Below, one piece after another: positions 54,780 through 64,000 of a stretch of 64,000 nt of DNA; positions within the stretch are counted from its first letter, which is position 1, and the number at the start of each line of letters is the position of its first letter. The stretch is from Balanoglossus misakiensis. Lineage: Eukaryota; Animalia; Hemichordata. The position numbers and the translations under genes were made by a program. Where the stretch lies: the NCBI GenBank assembly GCA_040954595.2, contig CM082588.2, positions 3,722,156 through 3,786,155 on the forward strand, read 5' to 3'. The notes beneath the pieces are model-generated. The model saw nothing but the letters and a program-made list of their open reading frames with translations. It did no database searches and had not been told where the DNA came from.

Positions 54780-57700
54780 TCAAACATTTGATGACGGTAT
54801 GTCTGGTATTTGCTCTACTCCTTCACTGGATTTCATAAAATAGTCGATAACAGTGCCTTTTCGAGTTCTCGTTTCATCCGGCGTTTTCTGGCCACTGAAA
54901 AGTGACATGTTAAAATGGCCGCTTAGCAGCGGCGGGCTGGGGGAGCTGTCTTTCGGCACCGAGTCCTTTCTGTGGAGATTCAAACTCAGCGGCCTGCCTT
55001 CCGCCGCGGGAAACCTCTCGCGCGTGTAGGCATACGGGGAAGTGTTGAATTCTGTCGTTCCATCGCTTGGGTGCGGAGCCGAGTAACTCCTCGTCGAGTA
55101 GCAGTTTTCGAGCGACAAGATGTCGTCGCTGTTCTTGCTACAAGTCCTCGATAGGGAGGGGCACTCGGGAGCTTTGTGAACGGGAGTGCGCGTGTCCACT
55201 TCCCCCTCGCTCAGAGATCTCATCCGCTTCAGGCTCATCTTGGTTGGCCCCAGCCCACCATAGTCGGTGCTCCCGTGTAACTTCATGTTACCCTGGGATT
55301 CGACCGCATTAAAAAGTGTCCCGTCGGGCACTTCACCCGAGACCTGTGCCAGGCTGTCTATCATCAGACTATCCTGGCTCAGTTTCCCCAGGCTGCTTTG
55401 CGAGGACTGCATCCTGGACCCTGCATTGACGCTCCCCTTCGATGGCGTCATTTTCAGACTGCCCTGACTGGACCATGAATTTAATTCTGCAGATTCGGTC
55501 CCCTCCCTTAAATCAAACACATTCCTTGACCCATGGTCATTTTTGCCCGCATCTATCCCTGTGGGCGATTCCATTTTATCGGTAGCAGGGGATTCTTGTT
55601 CACAATCTATTTCCTCATTTTCCTCTTTAAGTGCACAGTGGATGATTCCATGCAGACAGATCTCATGTTTCGGAGAGTCTTCCATCGGTTGCTCATAAAA
55701 GACTTGGCCCTTCCCTGAAGCCATATTTATCTGTTTGTGGCCACTTTCGGCGTCTTCGTTTTCGCTCTCCGGGATCATCTTCGTGAACTCGTTCGCATCC
55801 TCTGCGATGTCGCTGTCCTGCACATTGTTGTTGGATACGCCGTCTGTCAGGGGAATGACGTCGCTCTGAGAATACCGATATCTGTGCGGGGACGACCTGG
55901 TGGATGCCAGATCCCGCTCTATCGCCCTCATCAGGCTGGCTTGCCCGCTGTTCTGTTTTCGTCTTTTCAACGACCTGCCAAACACTGAGAACCTGCCGTT
56001 ATGTTGCCTGGATGGGTGCACCATCACCATTGGTTTGCGAACCGATGATCTCTTGTCCATCAACCAATCTCTGCTGTCAGCTTGGCTCCTAAAAAGAGAA
56101 CAATTTGATGTATACAGTACCGTCTAGGATTATGGTCTTTGAGTTAAACGATTGCACATTTAGCAGGTGGTTGGTATAATGTGCTTATAACAGCGAATGT
56201 TCTCTTGGGAAATCAACTCGAGACAAACGGTTATGGCTCGTTTACTACAAATCTACGCGTAAGTACAGCGGCCATTTGCTGTAATATCAACCACGTTGGC
56301 GGGGAATTTTGTCAAGAATCTTAACTTCACACACAAACCTGGGAGTATCCTGGCTGCTCAAACTACTGAGTGGTTTCGGGTCCCCCACGTGCATGCGCAC
56401 CAGGGTTGAGGTCGTCATGGAGCTTCGGCGGTTTCGCTCCGGCTTGAAGAGGATGATGTAGGTCTTCTGAAAGAAAAGGCACGCCAGGGCCACCGTAGCA
56501 CTCAGACTGACAGAGACGCACACGACTATGGTCCGCATCTCGTTGCTGCCGAAGTACAGCGGCACGAACGCCAGCCAAATGATGCACGTCGTGTACATGG
56601 TGAAGCCGATGAACTTGGCCTCGTTGAAGTTCTCGGGCACGTTGCGAGTCTTGAAAGCATAGAAAGTGCACATGACTATGAGAAATATGTCGAAGCCCAG
56701 CGGGGCCAGCATGCTGAGAGTGCTCGTGTCACACTCGAGTTTGACGCGCTTGATGGACGGGTACGTGTACACGGCTCCCGGCGGCTCCAGGATCAGCATC
56801 GCGATGATGATGCCCAACTCGACGGATATGATGAGAGCCGTGATGATCACCTGCGCAGTGGCCGACATGAACCGAGGTTTCCTGGTGCAGATCTTTTTCT
56901 TACTCCCGGCCAGAATCCGGGCGATGCGATTGGTCTTGGTGGCCAACGAGGCGTAGCAAACGGAAAAAGAGAGGCCGAGAAAGATCCTCTGCACGTAGCA
57001 GACCGGCACCGACGGCTTGGCCAGCAGTGGAAAGGTCATGATGTAACACATGTAAATTCCTGCCAACAGAATGTAGCACAGCTCTCGGCTGGAAGCCTTG
57101 ACCAATGGCGTGTCGTGGTTCTTCGCGAATATTGCAGTTACGAATGTAGTGACGATTATTCCCACGCACGAAAACACAATAGCGACTACCGACTGTGTAT
57201 CTCCCCACTTTGAGTATTCAACGGCGATTCTCTGACAACCTGTGAGAGACACAAGTCGTTCATTTTCCTCGTGAGTCGAACGATCAAATCCTATCACTAT
57301 TTGCACACTTTTTAGCGCACAAGATTTCATTGGCGACCTGTAAATTTACAGGTATCCATCCATTGTTTATTGTCATAAAGTGTGCATTTTTGATATGCAA
57401 TTGATTTATTTCTTTGCCCATAAATCAATATTCTTTTTTTCCAAAATTATTTTCATGTTCCTCATAATTTCACATTACCATATAATTTGCGGCAATGTAA
57501 TTTAAGTATGACAGAGTGTACGAGGAACCATAACACTCATTAATGGCCCAAAACCCTACAAGCTCAAAATGCCAGTATCCCTGGTATTGGGCTCAGCTGT
57601 TGAAAATTTATCCTTTAATATCAGTTTAATCTGCCCGGAGAAGATGATAATCAGGGGCGAAATCCTCAAGGCTTATGGCATAATTTGTTAGAAAGATAGC

Positions 57701-60700
57701 GAACCTGAGTGAAACTTACCCGTCAAACTGCTGTTAGGCCACCACCCTTTCCTGCAAGCCACGCAGTTGAAATCATCCAGGAGGTATTCGTTCTCTTTAC
57801 ATGGTGTACACACCCAGCAACACTTGTTGTTTTGTATATTCTGCAAGAGACCATAAACAGAATCATGCTGTGTCGGCCACAATACAATCTGGCGGAGGGA
57901 TATCTGTATACCCCTTCTGTACATGACAGTGGCGGAGTGATAATCCGAAGAATGAAGGGGCGACAAATTCGGCCATGTGCGTCATTCACACTCGGAGCAG
58001 GTGTCTTGGAAAAATTGAAAATCGCGGTCTACCGCCTCTGAGGAGTCAACTCCTGAGAGATCACTTAACGCTGGGAGTGGTAAATCACACAATTAGATAC
58101 AAATCTTGGGAGAATAAAACACGACTTTTCACGACAACTTGATTCGACCCGCCGTAGTACAGACCAGAGTGTGATATTTCTTTCCCTGACAGGTTAAACG
58201 GCGTTGACTGATGGCTCTCGCTTGATTCATGGCTAGGGAAACATCTCCCGTGGTTTAATAAGTAGATGAAATTTGTCCCCCACACAAAATAGAAGAGGAA
58301 AACATTCCATCTTAATTGCTCATTCGATTGGCCATCATGATGACTATCAAAATCGAAATTACTGCTTGTTTTCTGGCATTGCGTGGACACACAGAAACGA
58401 TTGCAAATTAACTGCCAACGCTGAAACGGGTTGGGTGAATTTCGCGGAACAATTTGTTATGTGTATTTAGGGTTATTGGATAGAGCGTCTCGCGGGGAGT
58501 TCTCGTAAATTTCCACAGAACGTGAAAGTCAGCAAGCAGTTAACCTTTATAGGGGCTTGAATGGCGAGATTAATTCCAACGACAGAGCGAATTTATTCTC
58601 TTTTCTTGCTCCTTTATACGCTTCTGAACAACGTTACGACGGATTCGTGCACTCTTTCAGTTACAGTAAAGCGCTGCATTTGGGCCGAACTAACTTTCCC
58701 TTAAAAATTAAACGCCAGTGAAATTCATAACTTTTGACCCTTGACGTTCAACGGGTTGACAAAGCATAAGCTGATAGCGTGGCTTACCTTAATTTGACCT
58801 TTTGGACACGGGGGACTGCAGAGCGAGGAGACAACCCCTCGTCTACCGCGGTTCCACATCATGTTTGCGTCGTCGATGACCAAGTTCCCGTCGCCCCATT
58901 CGCCCACCTTAATGTATCCGACCTCGTTGTTATCGAGCCGTTGAAAATTGAATATGTCGTATCTGAAGGATAAAGATATGAGATTTCTATAAAGACATGC
59001 ACATATCAGCTGCAACTGACTGAAATTAGTTGAACTCAACGTAAAAAAGGAAAAGAAAATTGCATTTTTTGGCCATTCTTACCTGCCGGGGGGATCTCCA
59101 TCTTTGTCGAACGTTAGCAGATCCCCGGAATACCCATAAAACGAGACGTTCATCAAATACTGAAGGAGTACAGAGCCCTCAACGGGATCCATCGCAGGAC
59201 AAAGGCCTTTCTTCTGAGCCGGACAGATTACTTTGCGCATGTTGTCCAGGCCGTGCGCCATAGTGTAGATGGCGTCGATAATGAACCCCATTTTGGTATC
59301 TTGGACGTAACTGGTCGATAAGTTTTCGTAGCCTGTTGAGAACAAAAACATTTCATCGTGACGTTTGAAAAGAAAATGACGTCAATAGAAGCTAAGATGT
59401 GTGACTTTAATAAGTAATATCGAATTGTTGCAATCAATATGTCGTCTGTCAACATATTATCCCCTATTATTTGATGATCCTGCCGTACCCATCTTCCACT
59501 AAATGTCAGTGACTTAAGAGCTATGCACCGACTGTAGTTTGACATATTTCAATTATTTTTTATATGTACCGATTTAATCGCATTAAAAGATTGACTCTCT
59601 GGAGCGACGTCAAAAGACCAGTTTACAATGCCGGATAAAAGTTTATTTCTGTTAGGGGCTGGGGCTGAACTCCTAATAATTTATGGGTGTCAATTTGGAT
59701 ACTAATCTAACAACAGGATGATTTTAGCATTCGACAGGTACGAGAATATATATATATAGTGCGTATTTTCGTTTGAAACTCAGTGATGTATAAAGCTATA
59801 TAATATATATTTTTAAATTATCCAGATTACTAATTTGGATTGTTGTAGGTTCTTTGTTATATCTGAAAATTCCAGTTACCAATTAAGGCTTTCAAGTTTG
59901 ACACATCCCTGGGTACCCCAAGTGGTCATTAAAGCTATATATCATATATGGAATCCTCCAATCTCATAATTTCTGTTATTGCTTCTGATTTATGATTTTG
60001 CCCTTTCACGAATTCATTTTTGATAACTCGTAACATCTGCTACAACGTCATTAGGATGGACATAGTGGGACATATGGTAGGTTTTATTCCCTCATGATGG
60101 TACAAACCATTATATGTCGCTTACCTGTACACTGCTTATCAAATCTGAAATCTGCATCCGGGCCTTTCAGCTGGCAGCTGAACCGGTCTTGCCAGAACTC
60201 CCGAAACCACGGGTTGCGCGTGTTGTTGAAGGGATCCAGCGCCAGGAAGTACTTGTCGAACTCGGGCGAGTAGGACGACTTCGGCTTGATGGTGACGCCG
60301 CCGATGGCTTCCGATTCGTAGCCGGCGATCACTTCGTGTCTGTCGGCCCAGCCGTCGCTGAAATAAAATTGGTAACGTACCTTGGTTACGTTAAGGATGT
60401 ACGCACAGGACATGAACTGGAGAACTGCGCGCATTCGTCTTTTTTCCACAGGATTACATTGAGCATATATAGCTAGAAAACTCCCTTTCACTACATGTAT
60501 TGTCATTTTCATGATACAATGTAAAACCTGGCTCTAACCCAACAGTCTATATGCTTCCTCGACGCAAGCAAGATATTCTCAATTGCACATGCGCCAGTGT
60601 GTTTGACAAGAAGTGAGATTTATATCTTACCTGCCGATGAAGACGAACTGACCCGAGGCATTCAAACGCTTACTGGCGGCCAACAGTCCGCGAACGGTCT

Positions 60701-60877
60701 CCCCTTCACAGAAACAGGCAACGACCACCGCCGATTCCGTCTTCTGTAAATTGAGAATCACCCGCTCGAACTCTTTCTCCTCGGAGTTGCTGAAGATCTT
60801 ATCGGCGGTGGCGATGCAGAGACCCGCTGCCAGACCGAGAGCTTTGAACGCTTCTATTCCGCTGGCTCCGTAGTTAC
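54780..60877 (-). CDS. GRM1/5: Group I metabotropic glutamate receptor (mGluR1/5-like), partial; N-terminal exons not found in the window
   Basis: GNYGASGI, DGWADR, NTRNPWFREFWQ, Cys-rich CCWVCTPC, TPLVKASSRELCY, group I-type i2 loop KTNRIARILAGSKKKICTRKPRFMSA, KTRNVPENFNEAKFIGFTMYTTCIIWLAFVP. Exons 60631-60877, 60125-60357, 59083-59332, 58788-58962, 57720-57840, 56339-57239, 54780-56088. Confidence 0.95.
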
Positions 60878-62550
60878 CTGTATTGAAAATACTAAACTGT
60901 AATTACCTGTATTTATTATATAAAGGTGTATTTATCTGTATATTATTACAAACAGGATTTACGTAACGTGTATTCTTCTATAGGAGGATAAGTAATATTA
61001 GGGGATGGACAGATATTGCTGTCTACTTTGCGTATATACGTCACGACACCCTGCATCCGATACAACACCATTTGCAGCGTGAAACTAGCCTTTCTCAAAC
61101 TCATTAATTTTTATAAATTTGTCAGCTGCGATGGCGTGTTACATAAATGGTTTGTGATTCTCTTAAATTATTATAAACTGGCAAAATCCAATAAACGAGT
61201 ACTTGACGAGCGAGAGAAATTTCCCGAAAACACCATAATCGTATCAAGGGCTTTAGCTAACGACATTACGGCGATAATAAAACACGAAGTGTTTTCCAGT
61301 AGAGCGGCCAATCCGACCTGGAAATAAATTGTCGATGGAATAGAAACACAACACTTGAGATACGTGCACAGGGGTCATCTGTCATTCGGTTGCTGGCAGT
61401 CCGCATGTATTATCATTACACTTTTAACTGTATAGCTCAGAGATGTAAATGGGAAAACTTGCAGCGCGGAGTACATGTAAACGTGAAATAAACGAGCAGT
61501 CAATTTGATTGCAATTAGCAGTGTAACCGGAGTCATTTATGCTCGGGGGCGACCGCAAGATTTTATGGGGAGGTGGTAAGAAGTCAGGGCGATAAAAATA
61601 TATCGTGCGCGCGGATCGTAAACAGCTGAGCCGTGGAAGTCGCGAGAGTAGGTATTTCACGCGATTTCGCATCCACGGCTGATCGGAATCACAAGTGTGT
61701 GCGGATGTATTCAGTCACATCTGTCACGCATATACAATAATGGAAGACAAATATTTAAATTGACAATAAACTTCCACTTATATCGTCAGAGTTCTGCCCC
61801 GTATAAAATTATGACAACGCTTGGAATACACTTGACCTACACAGTTATTAATGGCAGCTCGTGTATGTACATTTTTGTGGGCGGGGGTCTTAAGATTTTT
61901 GACATTGGTAGAGTGTCCTGTTTGAAATAATCAATTATTTAAGTCTGGAAACCCCACTTTATATGATGCCCATACTTTCATTAAAGGATAACATAGCTAA
62001 TGCTAGCAGAGCAAATCTGGCATATATAAATGAATAAATATGACATTGATTTCACCGTTCTACACCAGTGTTTGGTTGGAAGATTATTGCAAGTGTAAAA
62101 CGACCTTACTTGGAATACTGCTGATAAATAGTGTCCTCAAGAGATTAGAAATTGTATTTTGAATTATGCAACCACTTATTTAGGAATGAAGTCACCAGCG
62201 TTTAGTGGAAGTAAATGCAACGTGTGTAGTTGACGTACTGACTGCGTGTTTGGAAACGGACGGTGGAACGGATAATTCGATCATGGCGCCATATTCCCGC
62301 GTGATTGTCACATCAGAGTCAAACAAATGAGTGATGGTTGATTCGATTGGGAAGAAATTATGATCTCTGGGGAGAAAAAGCGTTATTTACGACGAAGAAT
62401 TAAGATCAAGAGAGGGTCATATGAACTGCCCGACGGCAAGGTTTACTCTTTAAACTGCCGTTAGACGTGCCAGACGTCAGGGCATGTTGTCTGTCATTTT
62501 TAGCTCCCGCGTGAACACTGGAGCAAATGTTATACCGATGTATATCTCAG

Positions 62551-62602
62551 TGTTTGTTTGTTTGTCTGTCTGTCTGTATGTACGCATGTCTGTCCGCGTA
62601 TG
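62551..62602. repeat. Degenerate TGTT/TGTC/TG simple repeat
   Basis: tgtttgtttgtttgtctgtctgtctgtatgtacgcatgt... Confidence 0.6.
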
Positions 62603-64000
62603 CTTGTGTGTTTGTGCGTGTGTTATCGATATATGAATATCAGAGATACCAGGAAAAGTCCCAGGAAATTGAACGCAAACAAAAGCAATGAACAAATAGA
62701 TCAAATTATCGTGGTCAAATAAGAAAATTGCTATTTTTGATAATTAATTTTTCATGTTCCCTCATACATTTGTACATGTATCATTTCCACAGATGCATTG
62801 AGAATTCAGGGCGGAGGGGGCAGAAGTAGTAGAGAATGATTATATCGCTAGAGGGCACGTACCAGCCCCTTGTTATCACTGGTATGGAACAAAATCGTCT
62901 CCATGCATGTCGTGGTGGGTTAAAACTGATTTCTTGCCCTTTGTTATTCTTCTCAGAATTTCTCTATTATCCGAAGTCGAAACGTCGCCAGAGCGAATCG
63001 CTCATCTTGTCACTGGATCAGCTACGTTATTAAAGACGTCAGAGATTGCTGCGAGATATTAAATATGTATTTCAATGATTTCAATACGGCTGCGACAGGA
63101 TAATCACGGTTGGAACTCAGTTTATGTGGGAAATCCCATATGGGGCATTTCAAATTAAAAGCGGTCTCCAGTTCTTGCATCATGTGTCCCGGTGAACCAT
63201 GGAGATAACAAACGTCAAGAAAACAAAAGAGTTGTCGATGAAGGGCGGGTGGGATCAGGACGTGCCTGGGTACTAGTCGGTTATACGAAAGGACATCAAG
63301 ATTTCATCTCGGCGACGTGCGACATTATTCCGAGCACGATAAGATCGTTTACTTTCGCGGCGTCTTTTGCCTGTAAGTCAGGTGGTCGATTATACAACGC
63401 CAGTAAATGAAACGATGTGTGGTTTAATTTTACACTCGGTGATGTCGCAGCTGTTTGTAGTTAGTTGGGTTAGAAAGGCATGCGTCATAATATGAACGGG
63501 GGGGGGGTGGACTCTGCCGTGGGTTATTGTACAAGGGTTGATTTGGCGAGCATCAGCCCATCCAGGCTTTGGTATGAACGTTCCCTTAAATACAGCCTGT
63601 GTCCTGTCTTAGGAAGTGGAATAAACGCGCAAAACGTGTAATCTATATACCGAATCCCGCTGATAGGTTGGACAGAACCCTGTCGGGCCAATATCGGTGA
63701 CAGAACACGGAGTGACGCAAATCCCACTCTTGCCCCGCGGCATTCAAGTACATTTCCTTGTCGCCCCAAAATGAAACGCATTTATTTCCCCTAAATGAAT
63801 CTATAAAACATGACTATTTTGCCTGGAGACCGTCTAACACAAGGATTAGGCTGTAATGGTGTTATACCAACGTGATAATACGAAATACTTTTTGTGTTTT
63901 ATTATTTACGCTTTTCTGTCTTATTGGGAATAACCAATATTGTCAGATATTTTTTTGCCAGACTTATGTTTTGCTATATTTAGAAATACAGAAAGCGCCC

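Overview
Intron-containing animal genomic DNA, probably from a marine invertebrate deuterostome (hemichordate-, echinoderm- or amphioxus-like; inferred from protein similarity and the repeats, not proven). Gene order: DOP1/Dopey (minus, 3' end runs off the window); DCAF6 (minus) head-to-head with MPC2 (plus), as in vertebrates; a solitary histone H2B (minus) with an octamer+TATA promoter and no 3' stem-loop; a possible decayed multi-exon gene whose intron holds a 1-kb TIR element; a five-exon creatinase (plus); CCDC28 (minus); a clan-2 cytochrome P450 (plus); and the 3' part of a group I metabotropic glutamate receptor (minus). Several MITE-like elements and palindromes lie between the genes. 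The most striking item is the creatinase. It is an intact spliced gene very similar to bacterial creatine amidinohydrolase and has gained an Arg-rich N-terminal extension resembling a mitochondrial presequence, suggesting enzymatic creatine breakdown (creatine -> sarcosine + urea) in animal mitochondria. Exon boundaries were read by eye from GT/AG sites and reading-frame continuity, and homology calls rest on recalled motifs, not database searches.
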